Part shown: piece after piece, positions 27,386-35,491 of the stretch | Layout of the letters: the number at the start of each line of letters is the position of its first letter | Position numbering within the stretch: the first letter of the stretch is position 1 | The notes under the pieces: model-generated | Seen by the model: only the letters and a program-made list of their open reading frames with translations | What the model was told of the DNA's origin: nothing | Database searches by the model: none | Position numbers and translations under genes: made by a program | Assembly (NCBI GenBank): GCA_963784785.1 | Contig: CAWASW010000015.1 | Span: 2,149-66,148 of the forward strand | Reading direction: 5' to 3' | Length of the DNA: 64,000 nucleotides | Origin: Candidatus Woesebacteria bacterium | GTDB taxonomy: Bacteria > Patescibacteriota > Microgenomatia > UBA8517

Positions 27386-29071
27386 GTGTATATAAAGAAA
27401 TTATTACTTACATTACTTTTACTTTTGTTACCATTTAGTTTTCCGTGTGTTGCACTTGGAGAAGACATGTTTGAAGACAATTTTGAAAGTGGCCAAATTT
27501 TAGACAAATGGCCTTACATTTCGGGTACGTGGAGCAAGGAAAATTTTAATAATTCAGTCTGGTCACGTGTTTCATCAGGTGGATATAGTGACAACTTATT
27601 AGAAATTGATAACTCGTCATGGATTGATTATATTTTTAAAATAGACATATTTAAAATTGAAGGCGAGGATATCAATTTATTCTTTAGAACACAGAATTCA
27701 AGATATTTAAATTTGCCTGGTCACAATTTACCTGCAGCCTATGGGTTACACATGCAGCATAACAGAATAGCTCTTCAGAAATTTACTTCAACTACTGGTA
27801 CAGAATTACAGATAGTATCAGAAGGATTCCCATTTCTGAATTCGACGCTAAAACACGTAGAAATTAAGGTATTGAACAACAACATACAAATATTTATTGA
27901 TGGCAATATTAATCCAATTATTGACTACACTGACAACAACGATCCCTTTTTGAATGGAGGTATAGCAATTGGTTCCATAACTGGATCATCGGGTCAGGGC
28001 GTACGTTTTGATAATATTTTAGTATTGAAATTGCCGGAACATATCCAAACACCAGAACCAACTGTGGCACCGACTGAAAGTCCAACAACTATACCAAGTC
28101 CAACATCCATTCCAACACCAGAACCAACTACCTCGCCGACAGGTTCACCAACGGCGAGTCCAACAAGCACGCCCTCTCCTTCACCAACTACTGTTTCACT
28201 AATTGTCCCAAATTTAAAACAATATTCTCTACCATGGAAAAATAAACTTTATGCTTTTACTAAAAACACTATTCAAGAATATGGATGCGCGTTAACATCA
28301 GCTGCAATGGTTTTGCAGTATCACGGACATAATATTACGCCCGACACATTAAATGATTGGTTAAAAAATCAATCTGATGGATACTTAAGAGGTAATTTAA
28401 TTAATTGGTTAGCAGTTAGTAGATACACTAAACAACACGACTCTACAAGTTCCCCAACTCTTGAATACAAAAGATTAGACCCTACAAATGAAAATCTAAG
28501 TAATGAACTAAACAATAATCGTCCTGCAATTTTGAAGGAAAATGGCCACTTTGTAGTAGCGAAAAGCATATTACCAAATACTTTTGGAATTAATGATCCG
28601 GGATATTCAAACAGAAATGATCTAAATCCATATGGAAACAGTTTTCTTGCAATTAATAGTTATACTCCGACGCATTCTAACCTTTCCTATGTGATGTTTG
28701 TAATTGACTCAAATGTTATTCTTGATTTGTTCAATTCAACAGGTACAAAAATTTCAGCAATTAGCTATGTTGAGGAACCAATTAAAAATTTATTAAACCA
28801 AAGACAAACACTTGGGAAACCAGTAAAGATTGTTCTTTTTGAAAAACCATCTAATGGAAAATACTCCATAAAAGTATCTGGCAAAGGAAATTATCAATTA
28901 GATAGTTATTTGTATGATATATCAGGTAAAGTCACACAAAATAAGTTTGAGGGTAAATTAAAGGGTGGAGACACTGACAAACTATTAATTAATTATTCAA
29001 ATGAGACAAAGAAGCTAAATCATAAACATTGGCTTTTTGAACTTTGGAAACATTTTCGAGAAAGAGACTAA
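27386..29071 (+). CDS. secreted multidomain protein: lectin/jelly-roll-like N-domain, Pro/Thr-rich linker, papain-like (C39-like) peptidase domain
   Basis: Signal peptide MYIKKLLLTLLLLLLPFSFPCVALG. PT linker TPEPTVAPTESPTTIPSPTSIPTPEPTTSPTGSPTASPTSTPSPSPTT. Cys-containing motif YGCALTSAAMVLQYHGH resembles peptidase C39-like. Confidence 0.55.
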   Translation: MYIKKLLLTLLLLLLPFSFPCVALGEDMFEDNFESGQILDKWPYISGTWSKENFNNSVWSRVSSGGYSDNLLEIDNSSWIDYIFKIDIFKIEGEDINLFFRTQNSRYLNLPGHNLPAAYGLHMQHNRIALQKFTSTTGTELQIVSEGFPFLNSTLKHVEIKVLNNNIQIFIDGNINPIIDYTDNNDPFLNGGIAIGSITGSSGQGVRFDNILVLKLPEHIQTPEPTVAPTESPTTIPSPTSIPTPEPTTSPTGSPTASPTSTPSPSPTTVSLIVPNLKQYSLPWKNKLYAFTKNTIQEYGCALTSAAMVLQYHGHNITPDTLNDWLKNQSDGYLRGNLINWLAVSRYTKQHDSTSSPTLEYKRLDPTNENLSNELNNNRPAILKENGHFVVAKSILPNTFGINDPGYSNRNDLNPYGNSFLAINSYTPTHSNLSYVMFVIDSNVILDLFNSTGTKISAISYVEEPIKNLLNQRQTLGKPVKIVLFEKPSNGKYSIKVSGKGNYQLDSYLYDISGKVTQNKFEGKLKGGDTDKLLINYSNETKKLNHKHWLFELWKHFRERD

Positions 29072-29506
29072 AACAACTATTTGACACACCCAAAAAAACA
29101 AGACAAAGTAATTAGTTTTAACAATTGGACCAGTATTATATAGATATAAACTTAGTGAATAAAATCCTATGAAATAAAAATATTCTAGATACTTTGGTAA
29201 TTTAAAATACGGTGCAAATAACGCAACAGATATTGAATAAAATGCAATTCTTAAGAAATTAATCATGTATTCACTCTTACTTCCACAGATTGCACAAACA
29301 TCTGTGTACATGTAAAAAGGATCAAAATCACTATTAAAGATATATCTTCCTAGGATTATCAAAATTGGTTGAATAAATATAAAAAGATATACAAAATAAT
29401 TTAATATTTTACTTGAGTTATTAAAATATAATTGCACAGCCAAAAGACCAAGTGCAATAATTGCAGTTGATCTCTGTATTAGATTAGTAGTTTCAATATT
29501 TAACAT
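29015..29506 (-). CDS. hypothetical integral membrane protein
   Basis: 163 aa with 4-5 TM helices. Overlaps the 3' end of the previous gene. Confidence 0.4.
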   Translation of the reverse strand: MLNIETTNLIQRSTAIIALGLLAVQLYFNNSSKILNYFVYLFIFIQPILIILGRYIFNSDFDPFYMYTDVCAICGSKSEYMINFLRIAFYSISVALFAPYFKLPKYLEYFYFIGFYSLSLYLYNTGPIVKTNYFVLFFWVCQIVVLVSFSKMFPKFKKPMFMI

Positions 29507-29594
29507 ACGATATCTGTCTCCAAAACCTCGGTTACTGAACTAAACAAAATCTGTGCTGTTTGTGATAACTGATTTTCGGGATTTGGCAATCTAA

Positions 29595-30100
29595 AATAAA
29601 AAACACATGGCATAAATGCCATGGTTTTACCCCTTCTGTGGCATACTTTCCACTTGATTTTTAATGTATTTTTTAACCTGGATGAAACTTGTTGCACCCA
29701 CTGATTCTGCAAAGTAGCCATCAGACCAGAATGAGTCACCCCAAAGAAATTCTTCTAACTCTGGAAATTCTTTCCTTAAGATTCTTGATGAACCACCTTT
29801 CAGTTGGTTAACAACTTTTGAGATGGACAAGTTTGGTTGGATTTGTATAAGCATATGTACATGATCATGCAATATTGTAATTTCTTCAATCCACCAGTTG
29901 TTAACCTCACATGCTTTGAAGAATAAGTCTTTAAGTCTTGTAGCTACTTTGCCACGTAATATCCTTTTTCTGTATTTTGGTAAAAATACCAAATGAATCA
30001 TAATTCTGTGCTTTGTGTGTGCACCATGCCAGTACTTTAACATTTCCCTCAAGTATGCCACAAACTATACTTGCTCCACCAGCCTAAAGGCTGGGGATTA
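29595..30100 (-). mobile_element. IS200/IS605-family element (tnpA-only)
   Basis: TnpA gene flanked by subterminal hairpins CATGGCAT-aa-ATGCCATG (29606-29623) and CCAGCCT-aaa-GGCTGG (30078-30095). Confidence 0.7.
29627..30061 (-). CDS. tnpA: IS200/IS605 transposase TnpA (Y1 HUH)
   Basis: HUH motif HDHVHMLI and catalytic Tyr region SDGYFAESVG. Confidence 0.9.
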   Translation of the reverse strand: MAYLREMLKYWHGAHTKHRIMIHLVFLPKYRKRILRGKVATRLKDLFFKACEVNNWWIEEITILHDHVHMLIQIQPNLSISKVVNQLKGGSSRILRKEFPELEEFLWGDSFWSDGYFAESVGATSFIQVKKYIKNQVESMPQKG

Positions 30101-30697
30101 ATGTGCAGAAGATTCAAATATGGTTTTTGATTCAGAAACGATTCTTCTTTCTTGCATATCTCGCTCTATAAACTCGGCGCTGGCGCTATCACCCTCCCTA
30201 CCTGCTCTCCTTTTATCCAAAGTCTCTTGATCGACATCTATATAAACAACCATCGTAGACCTGGATAGTAGATCTGCCGTTTGCTGGTCAAATTGATTGT
30301 GGAAATACTCTCCTCTTGCAATTTTTTCAGCAAGAGTCAAATCAATTCGCCACAACTTATGTTCTCCTTCCAGCACCTTCAGAAGTTCTCTTTTTGAAGT
30401 TCCTTTACGTGAAGTGCCAGTAACAACTGGTTCTTCTGCTAATTCGCCAGCTTGGTGCATTCGAGTAAGTTCATCTTCCGTACAAAAATGATAATGGACA
30501 TGATCAATTTCTTGAGATCCGGTTTTTTGGTCTTTTCTCGGTTTCCTTGTTGCATGAGTTACTACTCTGGTTAAACCATATCTCTTGATATCTAAAGAAT
30601 CTAATTCATCGATTATTGAATCCTTACCTGATCCTGACGGACCAGTTATTATAATAATCTTTCCAGATTTTGAGGCAAACTCATTTGTTTCGTTCAT
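30098..30697 (-). CDS. gmk: guanylate kinase-like P-loop kinase
   Basis: GPSGSGKDS P-loop. THATRKPRKDQKTGSQEIDHVHYHF resembles the Gmk TTRxPRxGE…G.dYhF motif. Locally higher GC (~43%) than surroundings. Likely start MNETNEF. Confidence 0.6.
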   Translation of the reverse strand: MNETNEFASKSGKIIIITGPSGSGKDSIIDELDSLDIKRYGLTRVVTHATRKPRKDQKTGSQEIDHVHYHFCTEDELTRMHQAGELAEEPVVTGTSRKGTSKRELLKVLEGEHKLWRIDLTLAEKIARGEYFHNQFDQQTADLLSRSTMVVYIDVDQETLDKRRAGREGDSASAEFIERDMQERRIVSESKTIFESSAH

Positions 30698-30749
30698 TAT
30701 TCTTAGATTATAGGGGCAAGAATACAAAATTTAAATAGTAATAAGTGGA

Positions 30750-30944
30750 GAGACCGTTACATTTCGGTCTCCTAAAACACACTGATTTTACTATACTTTC
30801 GGCCTAAAAAGGTAGTTTCACTAAGTAAACGCTTCTACAACCAATTTCAGCATTGTCCGAGTAATCGGACGAAAGTGTTATTATTTTAACGAAAAACAAC
30901 AAATCATTTAAGGCTAAACAAGTGACCGTTTATGCAACGGTATC
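30750..30944 (-). repeat. 195-bp repeat copy B (inverted copy of 19038..19232), abutting the tRNA-Val 3' end
   Basis: Exact reverse complement of copy A, in the same position relative to its tRNA. Confidence 0.95.
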
Positions 30945-30949
30945 ATAAG

Positions 30950-31021
30950 TGGATGACGTTGGGATTGAACCAACAGCCTCTTCGATGTGAACGAAGCGCT
31001 CTACCACTGAGCTAGTCATCC
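30950..31021 (-). tRNA. tRNA-Val (anticodon CAC)
   Basis: Minus-strand cloverleaf. Acceptor GGATGAC/GTCATCC, D arm GCTC-AGTGGTAGAGC, anticodon stem CTTCG/CGAAG with loop TTCACAT, T arm GTTGG-TTCAATC-CCAAC. Confidence 0.85.
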
Positions 31022-31134
31022 TTGTTGCCAAGCTAGTAATCCTTATTAGAGTAATAATAACACTTTTGATCTTGCAATCACATAATTGACATCAATATAG
31101 CTTGGTATTATATTCAATAATTGTTGTGGCAAAT

Positions 31135-32166
31135 ATGAATATTAACGACATTCCCCTAGCATTATCTTATGACGATGTGTTTTTAGTACCCCAATATTCA
31201 GAAATCAGTAGTAGAAGTGATGCTTCGCTTAAATCGAAAGTAAGCAACAAAATAACTTTAGAAGTTCCTATTATTTCTGCCAACATGAGTGATATTACTG
31301 ACTCAAAAATGGCAATCGCCATAGCAAAATTAGGGGGCCTCGGTGTTATTCCTAGATTTATGTCAATTGAAGAACAATCAGATGAAGTAAGTTTGGTCAA
31401 AAAACAGGGTCTATTAGTTGGGGCTGCAATAGGATCTAGGAAAAATACGCTAGAACAAGCGACATCCTTAGTTAATGCCGGAGCCGATATCTTGTTCCTA
31501 GATGTAGCCCATGGACACATGATCAAGACTTTAGAAGCAACAACTGATTTGAAGCGTCAATTTGGAGATAAAGTAGATATCGTTTCAGGCAATTCTGCAA
31601 CTTATGAGGCCACTAGAGATTTATTTAAAGCGGGTGCGGACACTGTCAAAGTAGGAGTTGGCCCGGGCTCAATTTGCACTACCAGAATAATGACTGGATC
31701 AGGAGTACCTCAGATTACAGCAATAATTGAATCTGCAAGAGCAGCAAGAGAGTATAAAAAATTTATCATTGCAGACGGAGGTGCCAAGACATCAGGTGAC
31801 ATAGTCAAAGGTTTGGCTGCTGGATCATCGGCTATAATGGTTGGAAATATTCTTGCAGGGACAGATGAAGCTCCAGGGGAATTAGTTGATAAAGATGGTA
31901 AAAAATTTAAAGTCTGTAATGGATCAACTTCACCAACTGAAAAAGCAAAGCAATCTTTAGATAACCACGTCGAAGGAGTTGAATCAATTGTTCCATATAA
32001 AGGTAGCTTGGCAAGTTTGATAGAAAAGTATGCAGCCAATATAAGGTCAGGGTTTAGCTACTCGGGATCCCTAGATATTGAAACTCTTTGGAAAAATGCA
32101 AAGTTTGTCAGGATCACTTCTCAAGGTCTTCGTGAAAGTGGGGCCCATGATGTGATAGTATTATAA
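31135..32166 (+). CDS. IMP dehydrogenase / GMP reductase family protein (no CBS insert)
   Basis: Catalytic loop [11 protein letters not shown] and phosphate-binding GG…G motifs. ~344 aa without a CBS pair. Confidence 0.75.
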   Translation: MNINDIPLALSYDDVFLVPQYSEISSRSDASLKSKVSNKITLEVPIISANMSDITDSKMAIAIAKLGGLGVIPRFMSIEEQSDEVSLVKKQGLLVGAAIGSRKNTLEQATSLVNAGADILFLDVAHGHMIKTLEATTDLKRQFGDKVDIVSGNSATYEATRDLFKAGADTVKVGVGPGSICTTRIMTGSGVPQITAIIESARAAREYKKFIIADGGAKTSGDIVKGLAAGSSAIMVGNILAGTDEAPGELVDKDGKKFKVCNGSTSPTEKAKQSLDNHVEGVESIVPYKGSLASLIEKYAANIRSGFSYSGSLDIETLWKNAKFVRITSQGLRESGAHDVIVL

Positions 32167-32170
32167 TAAT

Positions 32171-32713
32171 ATGTTTTCGAAACTTGGCGCCTTTTTTATG
32201 GATATATTAGAAGTAATTGTCCTTGCTGTAGGAATTTTTCTAATTGTTTACCTTCTTATTTTGCGTCCTCATAAGATCAAGGGGCAATCAATGCATCCCA
32301 ATTTTCCTGACGCAGAATATTTATTAACAGAAAAAATTACATACTATAGAGAAGATCCAAAAAGAGGAGATGTTATCGTTTTTAAGCCACCTATTTCTGA
32401 AGATGAATTTATAAAAAGAGTAATAGCACTTCCAGGGGAAACTGTCATGGTGCTTAATGGCAAAGTCTTTGTTAATGACGAGGAGTTAAAAGAAGACTAT
32501 ATAAAAGTTGATACAGATCCTAGTACATTTCTATCCGAAGGCACAAAATACACTGTTCCTGCTGGAAATTATTTTGTCATGGGAGACAACAGGCCCCATT
32601 CATCTGATTCTCGTGCATGGGGTCCTATTACAAAGAAAGTTATTACAGGAAAAGCTTGGCTTATCTACTGGCCAACAAAGCTTGCAGGCTTCGTCCCCAC
32701 CCCTATTTATTAA
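32171..32713 (+). CDS. lepB: signal peptidase I
   Basis: N-terminal TM. Catalytic Ser region GQSMHPNF. GDNRPHSSDSR box. Confidence 0.85.
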   Translation: MFSKLGAFFMDILEVIVLAVGIFLIVYLLILRPHKIKGQSMHPNFPDAEYLLTEKITYYREDPKRGDVIVFKPPISEDEFIKRVIALPGETVMVLNGKVFVNDEELKEDYIKVDTDPSTFLSEGTKYTVPAGNYFVMGDNRPHSSDSRAWGPITKKVITGKAWLIYWPTKLAGFVPTPIY

Positions 32714-32745
32714 ATGAATTAGTGACTCACTGATTTATTGATTTA

Positions 32746-33561
32746 CTAATTAGCTATTGCTTTGTATATCAACTGAAGTGTGTTTTCTGTCTCATCCATG
32801 CTACCTTTTAAGACAAAAGTAAGTCTTGTTTCTCTTCTTGATCTAGCTAATTTTACTTGGTGTTTTTCTCCAAGTGCCCTCGAAAAATCAGATGTCATCT
32901 TATCAATTTCATCAGATACTATATGCATCTTAGGTAAATTCATTTTTGGTTTTAGATTATATTCTGACTTCATTCTTCTTGCCAATTCTTCAGCTCTTCT
33001 TACAGAGCCACTTTCGCGCAAGATAATTTTATAAGCTTCAACCATTAAATCGACGTCATCAATAGCTGCTAAGGCTCTTGCATGACCTTCAGAGATAAGT
33101 CCTGAAAGAAGTCCATCCTTTAATGCATCTGGTAAAGTCAATAATCTCAAGGAGTTTGAAACATAGGCAACTGACTTTCCAATTCTAACTGCAACTTCTG
33201 AAGTGGTAAGACCAAATTCATCCATTAATCTTTCAAAACCTTTGGCACGATCCAAGGAATTTAAGTCAACCCTTTGAACGTTTTCAACGATTGCCATTTC
33301 AAGCATTCCCTTAGGAGTTGTCTCTCTAATGATTACAGGTACATGAGTAAGACCTGCAAGTTTTGATGCTCTCCATCTTCTTTCACCTGCAATTATCTGG
33401 TATCCAGCTGGAGTTTTTGCAATAACTAATGGTTCAAGTATTCCGTGTTCACGAATTGAATCTACTAAGTCGACTAAGCTTTCTGGTGTAATTGCGCCTC
33501 TTGGCTGTAACGGATTAGGTTGAAGTTGGTTTATATCTAATTGAATTATCTCTTCTGCCAT
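32746..33561 (-). CDS. parB: chromosome partitioning protein ParB
   Basis: ParB N-terminal motif GYQIIAGERRWRASKLAGLTHVPVII plus an HTH region. Confidence 0.85.
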   Translation of the reverse strand: MAEEIIQLDINQLQPNPLQPRGAITPESLVDLVDSIREHGILEPLVIAKTPAGYQIIAGERRWRASKLAGLTHVPVIIRETTPKGMLEMAIVENVQRVDLNSLDRAKGFERLMDEFGLTTSEVAVRIGKSVAYVSNSLRLLTLPDALKDGLLSGLISEGHARALAAIDDVDLMVEAYKIILRESGSVRRAEELARRMKSEYNLKPKMNLPKMHIVSDEIDKMTSDFSRALGEKHQVKLARSRRETRLTFVLKGSMDETENTLQLIYKAIAN

Positions 33562-33562
33562 T

Positions 33563-33814
33563 TTAATTAGTAACTATATTTATTAGTTTTTTGCCTAGTC
33601 TAGTTGTAAATTTAACTACTCCTGAAGCTACTGCATACAGCGTATGGTCTCTTCCAACTTTAACATTTTTACCAGCGCCAATTTTTGTTCCATTTTGACG
33701 AACAAGTATTTGTCCTGAATTTATTTTTTCCATTCCACCAACTTTAGTTCCAAGCCTTTTACCGGCTGGGCTTGTATGTTGTTTTGCTTTTCCTGCTGCT
33801 TTATGTGTTGACAT
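33563..33814 (-). CDS. rpmA: 50S ribosomal protein L27
   Basis: MSTHKAAGKAKQHTSPAGKRLGTKVGGMEKINSGQILVRQNGTKIGAGKNVKVGRDHTLYA. Confidence 0.95.
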   Translation of the reverse strand: MSTHKAAGKAKQHTSPAGKRLGTKVGGMEKINSGQILVRQNGTKIGAGKNVKVGRDHTLYAVASGVVKFTTRLGKKLINIVTN

Positions 33815-33868
33815 AATTAATTTTGAATATATCTTAAGTTTTCACAGTTGTCAAGAGATCAGAAAGTA

Positions 33869-34180
33869 TTAGATTGATATCTTTTCAATTAGAAGTCTTG
33901 TATATTGTGCCCTGAAACCAACATGTCTTCTTTCTCTGCTCTTTGATTTATAATTAAAGATATCTACTTTAACTCCTTTTTCAAGCTCAGCAAGTACTTT
34001 AACTGTAACTTTAGCTTTTTTAAGAACAGGAGTGCCTACTTCTACTTTGTCACCATCGACAAAAAGTAAAACTTCTGGTTCAATTTTTTCAAGATCGTTA
34101 ATTTTGTCGACCAAAATTTCTTCACCTTCAGTGACTCTATATTGTTTTCCTGTGATTCTGATTACTGCGAATTTGTCCAT
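33869..34180 (-). CDS. rplU: 50S ribosomal protein L21
   Basis: MDKFAVIRITGKQYRVTEGEEILVDKI…KKAKVTVKVLAE. Confidence 0.9.
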   Translation of the reverse strand: MDKFAVIRITGKQYRVTEGEEILVDKINDLEKIEPEVLLFVDGDKVEVGTPVLKKAKVTVKVLAELEKGVKVDIFNYKSKSRERRHVGFRAQYTRLLIEKISI

Positions 34181-34456
34181 AAGTTGTATTTTAAAGCCTA
34201 AAGGCCTATATTACAAGAATTAAATAGAATGCCGAACGTAATATGTCCAATTACTAAACGTAAATGCTCCTTACAGTGTGACAAACTTTGTTGGATTGAC
34301 TATGCTTCTCCTGAAGGCATTTTACATGACGACACAGAATCTGACAGCAAACTTACAACGGATGGTAAAATTGCACTTGCAGTCGAAACATATTTAGGTA
34401 TCAAAAGCGGACTCAGAAAATTGATAAATATTAAGTTTCGAGGGAGAGAACGATAA

Positions 34457-35491
34457 CTATTTTTTTGCACCCATAGCAATACCAAGTGAAGTCATTGTGG
34501 CAAGGAGAGACGATCCTCCTGCAGAAACAAAAGGAAAAGGTACACCTGTAATCGGCAGCATTCCCATATTCATTCCTACATGGACTGCAATTTGAGCAAA
34601 AAGTGTTAAAAACAACCCACCCAAAAACAGTCTTGCAGGAATATTTATTGAATGCTCTGTATAAAGAATTAATCTATATAAAATCAACGCAGTTATCAAT
34701 AATAAAATTATTGCTCCAGTAAAACCCATTTCCTCAGCAATTGAGGCAAAAATAAAATCTGTATGTCTTTCTGGAAGAAATGCAAGTTGGGTACCAACGC
34801 CTTTACCTAAACCCCTACCAAAGATTTTGCCAGAACCCACTGAAATTGTAGATTGGATTGCATTGTATCCTACACCTTGAGGGTCACTAGTTGGACCTAA
34901 AAAGGCTGTAATACGCGTTTTTTGATAAGGAGCTAAAAGCATAAAGACGAGAGGAACAAGGATGATAGTAATAAGTCCTAGAAATAAAAAATATTTCTTG
35001 TCAATTTCGCTAGCTAAAAAAATCCCTAAAAATCCTATTGAAGTTAATGCTGTAACACCCAGAGAAGGTTGAATTAGAATTAGAAACAAAGGTAAAGCCA
35101 TTAATATCAATATCTGTATTAATCTTTTTATGTTTATTCTTTTCTCACAGACAAAATTAGCAAAAAAAACTAACAAGAAAGGTCTAACTATTTCAGACGT
35201 TTGAAGCGAAAATGACCCAATTGGAATCCATCTAACAGTTCCTCTGGTAACTTGTCCAATCACAAGCGTGATCAGCAACAAAACAATACTGATCACGTAA
35301 AAATATTTTGAAAAAACAGATACTAACTCAAAATCAAATAAAGAAAAAAATAAAAAAATTAATATGCTAAGTCCAAAATACCAATAGTAAGATGGAAAAA
35401 GTGAAGGGCTAACTGATTTTAAAATAAAAAAACTAAAAATAAGAAGTAAAAAAATTGGTAAGGCTAGGAGCCAATCAAATTTTCTGAACAT
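34457..35491 (-). CDS. SEDS-family peptidoglycan glycosyltransferase (RodA/FtsW family)
   Basis: 10 TM helices and a conserved C-terminal region (…FPERHTDFIFASIAEEMGFTGA…PITGVPFPFVSAGGSSLLA). A second SEDS gene lies in the dcw cluster. Confidence 0.8.
   Translation of the reverse strand: MFRKFDWLLALPIFLLLIFSFFILKSVSPSLFPSYYWYFGLSILIFLFFSLFDFELVSVFSKYFYVISIVLLLITLVIGQVTRGTVRWIPIGSFSLQTSEIVRPFLLVFFANFVCEKRINIKRLIQILILMALPLFLILIQPSLGVTALTSIGFLGIFLASEIDKKYFLFLGLITIILVPLVFMLLAPYQKTRITAFLGPTSDPQGVGYNAIQSTISVGSGKIFGRGLGKGVGTQLAFLPERHTDFIFASIAEEMGFTGAIILLLITALILYRLILYTEHSINIPARLFLGGLFLTLFAQIAVHVGMNMGMLPITGVPFPFVSAGGSSLLATMTSLGIAMGAKK

Noticed and set aside
32714-32745. Short palindrome AGTGACTCACT between convergent lepB and parB as a bidirectional terminator
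   Set aside because: The stem is only 4-5 bp with no flanking U tracts, which is too weak to call.
34229-34456. 75-aa plus-strand ORF between rodA and rplU
   Set aside because: It is on the opposite strand in what should be the rplU promoter/leader and has no recognisable motifs. It is likely non-coding.
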